The notes under the pieces were generated by a model. It was not told the origin of the DNA, searched no databases, and was given only the letters and a program-made list of their open reading frames with translations. The translations under genes were made by a program, and so were the position numbers. Of a stretch of DNA of 64,000 bases, positions 26,211 through 38,787 are shown one piece after another. The DNA is taken from assembly GCF_006345805.1 (NCBI RefSeq), contig NC_043004.1, positions 87,668,001 to 87,732,000 on the forward strand. The letters are read 5' to 3'. This DNA is from Octopus sinensis. Lineage: Eukaryota. The first letter of the stretch is position 1, and every line of letters starts with the position of its first letter.

Positions 26211-26438
26211 TTAACCCTTTAACATTTAATCTGGCCATATCTGGACCAAATATTCTCTCTGTTTTATGTTCAAACTGGCCAGATCCAGCCTTTCACACCT
26301 ACCCTATCATCTCATTTTGAAAATATACAATCACACCATCGAAATCTCAATGCTACAAGATGATAAATGATTAGTTGAAAACAATATGAATAAGTAAACA
26401 TTACATTTGACAGAGCAATTTGAATAATAAAGGATTAA
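26211..26438 (-). mobile_element. TTAA MITE family 1
   Basis: TTAA|CCCTTTAACATT ... TAATAAAGGA|TTAA. Confidence 0.85.
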
Positions 26439-26444
26439 ATGTAC

Positions 26445-26510
26445 AACAGATGAATGGCTAGTGAGTGAATTTGATAGATAGATCCTGGGAGAAGCCTGTC
26501 ATATATACAC

Positions 26511-26553
<43 letters not shown>

Positions 26554-26793
26554 TGAATCCATGTGTTGACATCACATGATGGTTGTAAACGAACCTCACC
26601 ATTATACAAGAGATGATTTTCATTTCCAGTCTTCTACAAAAAAAGTGTGGTCATGGGAAATATTACTTTACTTGGAAAGAGGTGAAGATGTGAGACAGAA
26701 AGAACAGCCAGTTGTAGAAAATCTGCCTCAACAAATTATGTCTAACCCATGCAAGCACAGAGAAGTGAACGTTAAATGATGATGATGATGATG
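26445..26793 (+). mobile_element. SINE family C (CORE-like plus Meta-like block, (GAT)n tail), 5'-truncated
   Basis: GAAGCCTGTC, (TG)n, TTGACATCACATGATGGTTGTAAA, GTAGAAAATCTGCCTCAAC, AACGTTAAATGATGATG. Confidence 0.8.
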
Positions 26794-27385
26794 AAGTGAT
26801 GCCACTATCAGCTAGGTAAACAATAAGATGAAGCTCACTTACAAATGATAGGATTTGAATCCATGCCAATAACATAACAGCAGGACTAATTTTCACATTA
26901 GGAAGATGAGCAGACAAAAGATGTTATAGATATTAGACTTAGTAGATTTTATTGGCTTGGGCAGTGTGCAGCTGCATTAGAATGAAGGAAGAAAGACCTC
27001 TTTTTCTCTTCCTGTGCTTTCATTTTATTTCCAGCTAGATTTATGACAACTACTGTCTAATAATAACTCCCTTGTGTCAAAACCTAAGAACGAGAGAGTA
27101 TAGAAATCTGAAGTAAGTGGCTTAATTGTTATAGCTTGTACCTACAATACCTATAAATACACCAAAATAAATGAATTTTCTTTCCAATTTACAAGATAGA
27201 AGAGACAAAGATTTCCTGAGCAAATAACCTTAAGCTATTGATTGTTCATAACAGAATATTTCTAGCTATTGGTATGCAAGATACTGATACAATCATCAAA
27301 ATGACAGCTCCGATGAAATATTATCATGCGATTTTATCAATACTCTATTTTCCTTCAAATATTCAGAACTTAGAATTTCCCAATA

Positions 27386-27502
<117 letters not shown>

Positions 27503-27764
27503 GATGCACAATTATTCCAAGATTAATAATTAAAAGCTTGCACCAGATTTATCTGATCTGAAAAATAATTACTGCATGGTAACAGGATGGTTAAGATTAG
27601 TAGAAGTTGTAAAAGTGTTATCCGGACTTTTTTTTTAGAACCAAACGACTCATGTCAGTATATGAAAAATGGATGTAATTCCCTGTAAAAAGTCATAGTC
27701 TGTAAATGCTATTGAATCTAAAATTTTCAACTGCTACAATAATAAATTATTTTAAAATGGACAG

Positions 27765-28160
27765 CAAATGTGACTGTGTGATAAGAAGTTTGCTTTCTAA
27801 ACACATGGCTTTGGGTTCAGTCCTATTGCATATCACCTTGGACAGGTGTCTTCTACGATAGGCCTGGGCCAACCAAAGCCTCATGAATGGATTTGGTAAA
27901 CAGAAACTGGAGAAAGCCCATTGTGTTTGTGTGTGTGTGCCTTTGTCTTGACACCATGTGATGGTTGTAAATGAGCATCACTGACATACAAGTGGTGTTG
28001 TTATTTCCAGTCTTCCTTGAAAAATATGTCTGGTCATAGAGAAATATTACTGGAAACAGATGGCAGAATAGGCAACTGGTCGTAGAAAATCTGTCTCAGT
28101 AAATTACATCTAACCCATGCCAGCATGGAACAATGGATGTGGGATGATGATCATGATGAA
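27765..28160 (+). mobile_element. SINE family C, full length
   Basis: tRNA-like head (GGGTTCAGTCC), core block, family C 3' half and GATGAT tail. Confidence 0.85.
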
Positions 28161-29459
28161 GATAATAGCAAGTGATATACAAATCGTAGTAAAAGTGCAG
28201 TCAGTTGGCAAAATTGTTAGCATATCAGAAAGAATGCCTTGTGGTATTTGTTCTGGCTGTCTCAAAGTTCAAATCCCACTGAGGCTGATATTGCCTGTCA
28301 TTCTTTCAAGTTTCATAGTAAAGAATCAATTAAGTGCTAGGGTTGTTTCTCTTTATCTCTCTCTGTCTTTGTCTGTCTGGATTAGTTAAAGTGAAGAGGC
28401 CAGTAAAATAGTGTTCATTCACATTCTACACCACTGTGGGCTCAATAGAGAAAAAAGGCAAAAGTTGAAGCCATAAGCTTGAACTAATTGTATAGTATAA
28501 TGTAATACTAAATATTTTTATGGACTAGATTTATAGTATAATGTAATATACTAAACATTTTTATATTCATTTTAATATAGATGTTATTAGGCATTATAAA
28601 ATTGCTGAATCTAATCAGTGAGAAAACGAAACAACAAAATATTAAAAATTAGATAACTGATCAATTATTTTTCATCTAAACATAATCACTGAGACAAAAG
28701 AACAAAAATATAAATTTATCTTTAAGGTGAAAATATATAAAGCAAGAAGATAATTTACAAATAAAAATTAATTGAATATTAAATACAGTGAATAAAAAAT
28801 GGCAAATAATAGAAGCCAAACAGAAAAGTGGCAACAATATATATATATAAATTTTATAACAGTTGAAAAAATGAAAATAAAAAGTTTAAAAAATACCTAC
28901 TCTACCCTGACCCGATGGAAAAATAATCAATAAAAAACAAACTTTCGCTTCAACAAAAATATTGTTGAAACAGCTCTATTCATGATCTTTACTGCCATCA
29001 AATAATTTCTATCTGAAGTATTTCCTTTAAAGAAGCGTTACAAGTTAAATATTAAACAAAGCACGGCACCTTGAGGTTTTCGGTAAATATTAATCTTAAG
29101 AAGTGTTTTCATATTGATGTTTTTGTAACTATCAGCTTTGTCACTGTAGTTTAACTTGTTTATTTTGTATTATTTGAGGAAAGATAAATCCATATACTCA
29201 AGTTTGATGGTATAAAAATGTTGAAACAATCTTGTTCTAGAATTAAAAAAATCAATAAAACAAAATCTCCCCTTCAATACATTGTAGTATAAAAGATAAT
29301 TAGCTTGGTAGACAATATCCTTCATAAGTAACAAGTTATTAATATGATCAAATAGAAAGTATTCATGAATTATTCATGTAATTTGAATCAGTACCAAGGA
29401 GAAATGTTTTTTTTTTGTCTAACCAGTTAAATTTAAGTTTGAATCATACATTTTATCAT

Positions 29460-29793
29460 TTACATGTTTCATTCAGTGGATTGTGACCAACAAAGGTTTT
29501 GTTGAACAAATTGACCCTGATATATATTTTTAAGTGTGAAACATTCCGTTAGTCTCTTTTGCTGAACCTCTAATTTACAGGAATGTAAACAAACCAACAC
29601 TGGCTGGACACACACACACACACACACACACAGAGATTCCATTCAGTTTCTGTCTTCTAAATTCACTCACAAGGCATTGATCAGTCTATGGCTACAGTGG
29701 AACATACTTGTCCAAGGTGCCATGCAGTGGGACTGAACCCAAAACTACATAATTGCACAGCAAGCTACTTAACCACACAGCCATGCCCACACC
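29460..29793 (-). mobile_element. SINE family A, diverged
   Basis: GGTGCCATGCAGTGGGACTGAACCC and ACCACACAGCCATGCC head on minus strand; (CA)n centre. Confidence 0.8.
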
Positions 29794-30376
29794 CTTAAAA
29801 TATTTTAATGCAGATAGCAGACTATTAACACAGTAAATAACACATAATACCAATAAAAAAATTAAAAACAAACATTTTGGTAAATGAAGATTTCTGTAAG
29901 AAATAACACAATTACAGCAAATTTTACTGAATAAAATTATAGTAATTAAGTTGAACAGAATTTAAGCTCATAGTTTCAGCATTTGTATCATTTTATCTAG
30001 TTATATTGATATCAATTTCTAACTGGAGATAGAAAAATGTGATTTAGCCATGGTGTCTATTTTCTAAAGCAAATTTACAAATGTCTGTTTACTATAACCA
30101 CATGCTCATGAATTTAATCTATATATCTATTTGACCTAATTCTGTATCCTATTTCAATGCTAGCCAGCTCTGAGGAACAGGGGTCATTATAGTAGTGGTA
30201 GAGAAGCTGAGAGAAGAAAGTATGCCTATGAGCTTTAGGTTGGAATGTATTTATGAGTGATTTTATGTCAATTAGTCAAGTGGTCTTTATATGGATGCAA
30301 CCTAGCATGTGTCTATACAGTAGTACCAGCCCAAATTTGAGAGCAATACAGCATTGCAAGCCTCATTTGAACTTCA

Positions 30377-31278
30377 GGATCTTTTCCTTTTCATGGGTAG
30401 CTTGATTAATTAATTTTCTTTAACACTTTGAAACTTCGTATACTGGAAGAATGAGTCATATTGAACATCTTTTACTCTTAGCGTTGTTGAGAAAAGTTTC
30501 TATTTACAAAGTTATTTCGTGTTAAAGTTGTCGTATTTCAGTAATTTCAACTAATCAACGACGTGTATTCAGCTGAATAAAATTATTGCTGTTTGTCAAC
30601 AACAACTTCCAGTGGTGTATATTTCGTCTCACTGTTATTTATGACATATTTCATCTCAGTTACATTCATATGAATAAACGAGTGTATCTGAAGCATGTTT
30701 ACTTCATGACACCACTATAATTGTTTGTGCATTTCTACTGCTTTTAGGTTTTTTTCCTGTTTTCCAGCTACTATTTTCGAAAGGACTTCCTCCTGTCTCC
30801 CCCACCCATTTTCTTGCAAATTATTGGGTTTTTAAAAAAATTTTTTTTGCCAAAAACCCAGCTTTATGGATATGGAGATTCCAGAAAATTGCCAAAAATC
30901 AGAATTTTGAAATTTTTTGCCCCCCCCCCCATTTCTTCATTTTTCACTTTTTCTGTAACCCTAACCCTAAAACCCTAAAGCTAAAACCTGTACAAATGCA
31001 CGAACAATGTCATAAATAACAGAGACAAATGAAATATACACCGCCAATAGTTGTTGTTGACAAACAACAGCAGTAATTTTATTCAGCTGAATACACATCA
31101 TTGATTGGTTGAAATTACCAACTTTAACATGGAATAACTATGTAAATAGAAACTTTTCTCAACAATGCTAAGAGTAATATATATGTTCTATATGACACAT
31201 TCTTCCAGTATACGAAGCTTCAAAGTGTTTAGCTAAAGAAAATGAATTAATCAAGCTGCCCTTGAAAAGGAAAAGATC
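30377..31278. mobile_element. Non-autonomous long-TIR (MULE/foldback-like) DNA element
   Basis: About 270-bp diverged inverted arms (30377-30647, 31007-31278); putative degenerate 9-bp TSD tgaacttca/taaacttga (7/9); CCCTAA repeats at 30956-30978. Confidence 0.75.
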
Positions 31279-31465
31279 TAAACTTGATAGAACATTAGTA
31301 ATTTGTAGAATTTGAAGTATTTTCTGGCTTATAAGATATGCATGGATGTGTACATTCATTTGGGTGACAACTGAATTCTTTCTTTTATTGTATAACACCT
31401 GAATAAAATTACAAAGCAAGAGACTTGGAGAGGCAATGAAGTGAATTAACAGATTTGAACAAATA

Positions 31466-32773
31466 TAAGGTTGGTCCAAAAAGAAACTGGACATATAAAA
31501 TAGTATGCCAAACAGTTGGAACAACATGCACCCAACTGCAGTGCTATGTATAGGGAACTTCGACCTTCTGTCTAATAAAAGCCATAATCACAGTATGTTT
31601 AGTCATTGACCTATACATATACTTGAGTAAATGTATGTATAGTGCACTTGATTTAATACAAGTTGAACAATGAAGGAATTTAAAGAGTAACAGTTTGAGT
31701 GAAATTCTGTTTGATATTGAAGAAAGAACTTTTACAAAGTCTTTTCTAATGTTGCAACAAGTCTATAAGGAGGATTGTTTGAGCTGTGCAATGTCATGAG
31801 TGGTTTTAGCATTTCAGTTTGAAGGGAAGTGACTACCAAAGTTGATCCCAAATCTGAGCAATTTTCCAAGATAAGAGATCATCACATTGCAATAGAGTAT
31901 GCTGTCGTTAGTGAAAACCTTGACCCAACTGTCTATTATAAAGTTTTCAAAGACGTAAATACCTGTAAAAATTCATGTCACATGATTTTAAAAGAATAAC
32001 TGAAAATTCATTGTGTGGTGTAAAAAAAATGGTGTTCAACAAAAAGAGAACTGAATCACAGTCAGTCAGGATTGTTTGAATGCTGATGTAAACTTTCTAG
32101 AAAGTGTTATAGCCAGTAACAAAAAGTGGGTGCATGGTTATGATGTCAAAACAAAAAGCAGTTACTGCAAGTAGATTGGATTGTCACTGTATGACAGTAA
32201 TGCCTGTCAGAACCACTCAAATATGAAGATGATATTGACTGTCTTTTCTTTTCGATTGAAACAGCATTAATCATTTGGAATTTGTTCTGAGTGGGTAAGA
32301 TGAACAATAAAGAGTTTTACTTGGATAACCTGAGATATTTAAGAGAGACAGTGTGAACAAAAAGACCTGAAGCATTGAGAACCAAACCAGATGGTGAACA
32401 ACAACAGCACAACTGTTCACATGACACACTTTATTCATGACTTTTTGGCAAAGTATAAGATGACTCTTGTCTCCCAGTCACTTTACTTTAAATTTGGTAC
32501 CTGTGCTCTTATTTGTTCCTGAAGTTAAAATCTAGTCTGAAAGGACATCAATCTGAGATGACAGAAAAAACTAAATCAAAGAAAATTCGCTTTGAGAACT
32601 GTGCATTACTTCTGGAAAAACATTCTAGATGGTATTCTAAAAGAGGAAATATACACTGGAAATAGTCTATCAACAGTGCATGGAAGCATTTTGAACAAAA
32701 CAAGTCTGATTAAATTGTAAGTAGAGCAATAAATTTGTCTTTTTTAAAAAGTTTCTTTTTTGGACAGACCTTG
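31466..32773 (+). mobile_element. mariner DNA transposon, full length about 1.3 kb, transposase decayed
   Basis: TIRs TA|TAAGGTTGGTCCAAAAAGAAACT and AAGTTTCTTTTTGGACAGACCTTG|TA with TA TSD. Broken transposase motifs: KWVHGYDVKTK (cf. ETWVYGYD.ETK), KMILTVF, KRPEA, LFVPEVKSSLKG (cf. FLFPKLKSSLKG). Confidence 0.88.
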
Positions 32774-32779
32774 TATATG

Positions 32780-32785
<6 letters not shown>

Positions 32786-32850
<65 letters not shown>

Positions 32851-32886
32851 CACACATATATATATATATATACATACACACACACG
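32786..32886. repeat. (TA)n/(CA)n microsatellite
   Basis: Directly visible next to the mariner right end. Confidence 0.95.
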
Positions 32887-33559
32887 TTATACATTTCTAA
32901 TCTTGAATGATTCAAATAGGAAATTATACAAGCTCTTATATGATACAATCCAACAAAGCCAAACATTACTCATTGAGAATTTGTTATTATAAAAACATGT
33001 AAGGAATGACAATAAATTCATCACTATTTTAACTGCCAACTTGGTGGGTTTTATGGTGCAATTGTGTGATTAAGAAATTACGTCACACCTTTGAAGATTG
33101 AGTATTATATTTGAGAAGATACATGTTCAAAATAAATGGCCAAATGCCAGCATAGAAAAACTGGCTGCAAAACTGGTGTGAGTGTGTGTGTGAATAAGAG
33201 GGAGGAGAGGGAGAGAAAGAATGGAATGGAGATGCAAATTAGAAGAACTGTTATCAATTTTAACAGAGCTTTATTTTTGACAATTATACGATTCTGTGCT
33301 CAGCAAACTAAGTGCAAACATACAACGGTCATACCTGCTTGTCTTATACAATATTTACTTTATCATCTACCCATTCAAAATTCAAGAAATTGTGAATTGA
33401 TCAGTTTAAAGTATTTAATTACTAATACAAGGGTTTGTTAGATCATTAATGAAACTGTAGGTGTCATAATAGATGGCATATAAAACACTCACTTTAAAAG
33501 AAAAATTTTGTTAATCAACCTGGACACCTTATGAGAAGTTGAGCCTCACATAATGCATT

Positions 33560-33638
33560 AAAAACTTTTTTCTGAGTATGCACTGCTGAAATTAGGGTGT
33601 GTCTAATATGCCCATGCATCTTTTATGCCATCAAATAT
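33560..33638 (+). mobile_element. Possible pogo/Tigger-type terminal fragment
   Basis: AAATTAGGGTGTGTCTAATATGCCCATGCATCTTTTATGCCATCAAATA|TA resembles CpG-decayed GGGTGCGTCTTATACG..GCGTCTTATA..AAAATACGG|TA ends. Confidence 0.4.
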
Positions 33639-34689
33639 AATCTAATTTCAAGAATAATTTGTTTTTGTTCTCAATGGATTAGCCTTTTGGATCTTTAGAA
33701 TATCATTTTAAAATAATTTCTATTATTTGCTAATATTTTTTCTACAAATACATCATAATTTAAAATCATAGGGGAACAGATTTTCAAGCATTATGATATT
33801 ACAAATATATTATTTAGAGTACCATTGCAAAATGTATCCCAATATCTTATCTAAAACACCAGATACCACAAGCAGCCAAACACCATAGTAACATAGTAAT
33901 TGATTATTACATGGAAATTGTAGTCTGTTATAGATAACATGCAAGAAACAATTTTACAGTAATTCATGAAAGAATTAGATATGACTGGCAGCATATAAGT
34001 TGTAAAAAAACATCTGCTTCTTTGCCTGTAGCTCATATTACTTAGTATGTAGGAGGCACTCACTGCAAGACTGTATTAGGAGTAGACAGAAGCTGTTGTA
34101 TATTGACAAGTACATTAGATGTTTGTTAGGGAATGGATGGATATACCTTGACTAAACTTTATAAAAAGATAGTTTAGAAGTCTACTGTATAATGTTACAC
34201 AATATTTATTTTATGTCAAAAGTCTGATTAAAATAAATAAGTTGTCATAAATGTTTATCTCCCAATGATTAAATATGTAATTTGTTTTTATATTTTTCCT
34301 GAGTAAAACTTTCTTAGTATTTATGGATTTAAAATATATTTACCAGTACTATTGATTTTTTTTTTCCAGTAATCACATAAAAGTAGTATTTATAGGGTAG
34401 AAGGTATAGTCTATTAAACTGACCTCCAAAACCAATAATTTTATTTTAATGACACAAGAAAAATTATTTTATTGATACAAGTCAACACTGTCAGGTTATG
34501 AATTCAGAAACTAAATATTAAGTGTTATTCCAGCACCTTTCGATTTCTTCCTATTACTGAAAACTTTAACATTATCTTTCCTTTAGTGTTATGAATAAAA
34601 AACAGAGCCTTAAGATTTGCCAGTGGAAAACATCATGAATCTCATTTCTATCATCATTATAATTAAAAAACATTGTATTTAGTATTTGT

Positions 34690-35040
34690 CCGATGATGAT
34701 ATTGATTGAGAAAGTTTACAGTGCAGCATATCTCCAATCTTCTCAATCCTGCATCATCACCTCTTCTTCAGATCAAACATTTCTGATATCATATCTTTCT
34801 TGGTTTGCTTTATGGAGAATTATATGTATGCTGTTTTGTCTTAAGCCTGAGGACTCATCAGGCTGGATATCCCATATCTTAACATTCCTCTTGAATAGGA
34901 CACTGGTCCATTGCTGGTTTATTCAGTTATAGCTGAGTGAACTGGAACAATGTGAAATGAAGTGCCTGATCCAGGAATTGACACTGTAATTCAACAATTG
35001 TCGGTGCAATACCCTAACTACTTGGCCACATGTCTTCACT
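34690..35040 (-). mobile_element. Old SINE head (34900-35040) plus RTE-like C-terminal remnant (34690-34860)
   Basis: AGCTGAGTGAACTGGAACAATGTGAAAT block is antiparallel to the 53940 SINE; minus-strand KPRK..EEVMMQD*EDWRYA resembles the RTE end. Confidence 0.45.
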
Positions 35041-36927
35041 CATGGACAATTAACCAATAATAATTCACAACATTATTTTTCCTAACTTGCATCATCATTT
35101 CACATTATGTACTCACATACCAAGTACCACTTGCACACACATCAAATATCTTTGACATTAATCCATTTTCTCAATTCATTTGTACTGTTATGTAAATTAA
35201 CATGTTACACCCAATGAATCACCACAGTTTGTCTCCAACTGCTACATGCCTTCTAGACTCAAGTCTCACTGCTAAGCACTCTATTCATTCCTTACAGAGT
35301 CTGCTTTTTGTATGAAGAAAGAAACTCAAAAGATTTGGTAACATTTTATATATTCTTGAAAAACTGGTTAGTTTTTGATAGGAAAATATAAGACTAAAGA
35401 AATTTGAATGATTTTTAAGCTGTATGTGATGTTTTATTATGTGTTGGGGCTTTGAGAAAATTTGATAGAATGGTTGATAAAGGGTAGATACAAATAACAA
35501 GGTCAAGTGCATTACAGCCATGAGTTTGGAGTCCTGTGGAAGTCTGCTGTAAGAACTATACCTATTTGTTGTTAGTAAACTTATTCTGTTGCTTGGTTTA
35601 ACACAACTTCAGCTCTGGATATTTTTAGTGTCCAAATATCCTCAGTTCTCTAGTGTTAAGATGACCTTTTCTCTTCTGCTCCCTCCCAAGTCCCAGCCGT
35701 AGAGGCCCTGAAACAATCATGGTTCGGCCACTGCTCTTCTCACTAAATGCTAAAAAGAAAACTAAAACTGGTAAAAGAGACATCCAACCAATTTAGGAAA
35801 GTAGCAATGATGCATCCAACCTATGCCAGCATGGAAAGCAGATGTAAAATAATGATTATGATGAGGCTGATAATGGCATCTACTGCTCTTTAAAGAATAT
35901 CTCAAAAGAATTTTTAATCACTATCATGTTTGATAAAACTTTCAGACATTTAAAAAATTTTTTTTTTTATTTAGTTTCAGCTCACAAGCTGTGGCCATGC
36001 TGGGGCACTGCCATTTACATGTGTAATTAATTTTCTTAAATGGCTAAAATCCTCAAGAGGTTTAGTGTGCAACATATTTTTATGGTGTTAAATAGACAAG
36101 AGATAAATCTGTACATGATACTAGTCTATTGCCTGTGACATTCCCACAAGGTGTGGTCTCTGTCAGATTTGTAGGGGAGTAGAGCCAGCATAGGACTCGG
36201 TAAAATTTCTGCAGGGGATTTAAACTAAATACTTAAAAGGCTGGTAGTTGAAGATGTTATCTATTTAGACATTTCACCTTTACAGTGTTACATCATACAT
36301 AAACTGAATAATTTTGTCATTTGATTTTATTCTCTCAAAATAACTTTGTTATAAATACTTTTAAATTCTATTGTCATTTCATAATTGATGGACAAATATC
36401 TTTCTATTTGCTAATATTTTGATTGTTGAAAGTTTATTACATTACCAAATATTAGTTATTTGGATCTATTTGTGCCACATTCTTGGTAACATCATCTTTT
36501 AATTTCTACTAGAATTTCATTTAATTGCAATTAGACCCCAAAGCATTGAAGTACTATTTAATATTCTGGCATTAAAAAATTTCCAACAGCAGGCATCAAC
36601 GATAATCAAGAGTTTTATTTGTTAAATGTGGTTAAATGATAAAATGTTTCTCTCAGGGTTTATAAGACTGGGTTAAAACTAAGAATTCTCTAATATTATC
36701 TTTTAATCATTCTTTGGTGAAAAGCTACATTGAAAAGGGTAAATATTTTATCTACTCGTAGGCATACTAACTTTTTATTGACCTGACTCGAGATTACAAG
36801 TAGGCCTTTTTGTAGATGCTTGATGTGCTAGATTAGCAGGTAGTGTACTCCTAAATGCACTATATCTTGAATAGATGAGGTGGCTATGGGTGGAATGCTT
36901 TTGATCATAGTTTAGATGGATTAGAGA

Positions 36928-37456
36928 AGAACAGGAAATAAAAAAACAAAAACAACTGAGGTGACTCTTGCAAATGCAGAGCACTGTTAACCTTCTTGAA
37001 TTCTATTATTTACTTGGAAACATATAGACTCATTAAAAATACAGAGAATTGCAAAATATCTGTACATAAGGAAAATAACCAATAATTATTTCATATGTAA
37101 ATAATTAAAGGAAAGTAAAGTAACAAATTGACAAAGGTTACTCTATCCTTCTGACATATGAACTCAAGCATTGCATGTCTGGAAATATTATTGCCCTTCT
37201 GTTTACTGTTGAGAAATATCTGAATATTCATACTTGTTGAACGAATAAGGCACAAACGTGACACAGAAGTTTGCTTCCCAACCACCTGGTTTGGGATACA
37301 GTCCTACTGTGTGGTAACTTGAGCAAGTACCTTCTACTATAGTCTTAGGCTGACCAAGACCTTGTGAGTAAATAAAATAATAGAATTCAAGAAGGTTAAT
37401 GGTGCTCTGTATTCACAAGAGTCACCTCAGTTGTTTTTTTTTTTATCTCCTGTTCT
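36928..37456. repeat. About 88-bp inverted repeat (36928-37014 / 37367-37456), 350-bp spacer
   Basis: AACAACTGAGGTGACTCTTG...CCTTCTTGAATTCTATTATT and its reverse complement are directly visible. Confidence 0.93.
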
Positions 37457-37933
37457 TAACCCCCTATCATTTAGATTACTCTGTCAAAAATAATGGTTAT
37501 TTATTCACAGTGTTTTCAATTAATCATGCATTACTTCATAGTTTTGAAATTTTTATGTGATTGTTTACTTTTGGAGTGACATTGTAGGATAGGTGCAAGC
37601 GGTCAGTTCTGGCCAGTTTGTACATAAAACATGTAGAGTACTCATACCAGATATAGTTGGTTTAAATGCTAAAGGTTAAAGAAGCCCAAAGTATGTGTAT
37701 ATCATTATTGTGTGTGTGTGCTTGTCTTAAGATTGTATGATTGTTGTAAATAATTGTCATTCATTTCCAATATTCTGTAAAAATATGCCTGGCCATGGGA
37801 AAATATTAGTTTGCTTGGAAACTAGTGAGGGTTGGTGACAAGAAGGTCATCTGGCCATAGAGTACCTGTTTCAAACTCCATCCGATATATGCAAGCATAG
37901 AAAAAATGCGTATGAAAACAATAATGATGATGA
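37253..37933 (+). mobile_element. SINE family C interrupted by the inverted arm and a MITE (parts 37253-37370 and 37681-37933)
   Basis: 5' half stops at CCTTGTGAGT and resumes at AGAAGCCC; family C 3' half contains GGTTGGTGACAAGAAGGTCATC. Confidence 0.75.
37456..37679 (+). mobile_element. TTAA MITE family 1
   Basis: TTAA|CCCCCTATCATT ... AATGCTAAAGG|TTAA. Confidence 0.85.
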
Positions 37934-37936
37934 GTA

Positions 37937-38324
37937 GGTGCAGGCATGGCTTTGTGGTAAGATGCTTCCTTCCCAACCACATGGTTCCAAGTTCAGTCCC
38001 ACTGCATGGCACCTTGGGCACGTATCTTCTACTCTAGCCTCAGGCCCACCAAAGCCTTGGGAGCAGATTTGGTAGACAGAAACTAGAAGAAGCTTGTTGT
38101 GTGTATATATATATATATTTGTATGTGTGCGTTTGTCCTACCACTATCACTTGACAACCGATGCTGGTGTGTTTATGTCCCTGTAACTTAGCAGTTCAGC
38201 AAAAGAGACTGATGGAATAAGTACTAAGCTTACAAAGAATAAATCCTGGGGTCGATTTCTTCAATTATAACCCTTTAAGGTGGTGCTCCAGCATGGCCAC
38301 AGTCAAATGACCAAATAAAAGAAT
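37937..38324 (+). mobile_element. SINE family A, full length
   Basis: Complete head, core, microsatellite and tail. Confidence 0.9.
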
Positions 38325-38454
38325 ATACCTGAATTTTAAAAAAGTGAATGTAAAGTTTCAAATGTGAGACAGAAAACAAATATGATAAGAATAATGGTCA
38401 ATATGTTTGTGAAAATATTGAGGGGAATTTTCGATTCCAATATACTTCTCATTA

Positions 38455-38787
38455 TCTTCTTTTATCCTAGTTTTAGTCATTGGTCTGCAAACATTCTAGG
38501 GCAACATCTTGAAAGGTCTAATCAAACAAATTCAGGCCAGTACTTATTTCTATGTCTGGTACTTATTCTATTGGTTTTAGTCTCTCTTGCTGAACAGCTA
38601 AGTTATAAGAACATAAACAAATCATCATTGGTTGTCAAACAATGAGTGGACACACACACGGTGAGCTTCTGTACAGTTTTTGTTCATCAGATTCACTCAC
38701 AAGATTATAGTTAACTTGGGGCTGTAATAGAAGACACTTGCCCAGGATACCATACAGTGGGACTGAACCTGAAATCACATGGTTGAA
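38455..38787 (-). mobile_element. SINE family A, diverged, antiparallel to the previous copy
   Basis: GAAGACACTTGCCCAGG..CAGTGGGACTGAACC head block and family 3' half on minus strand. Confidence 0.8.

Noticed and set aside
30956-30978. Real telomere or chromosome-fusion site
   Set aside because: Only about 3 imperfect CCCTAA units, internal to a TIR element.
34770-34890. WD40-like VKIWDI motif on minus strand
   Set aside because: Isolated motif between stops, inside a decayed SINE/RTE-tail region.
37937-38010. Functional tRNA genes at SINE heads
   Set aside because: A/B-box-like motifs run straight into SINE bodies and no cloverleaf can be drawn.
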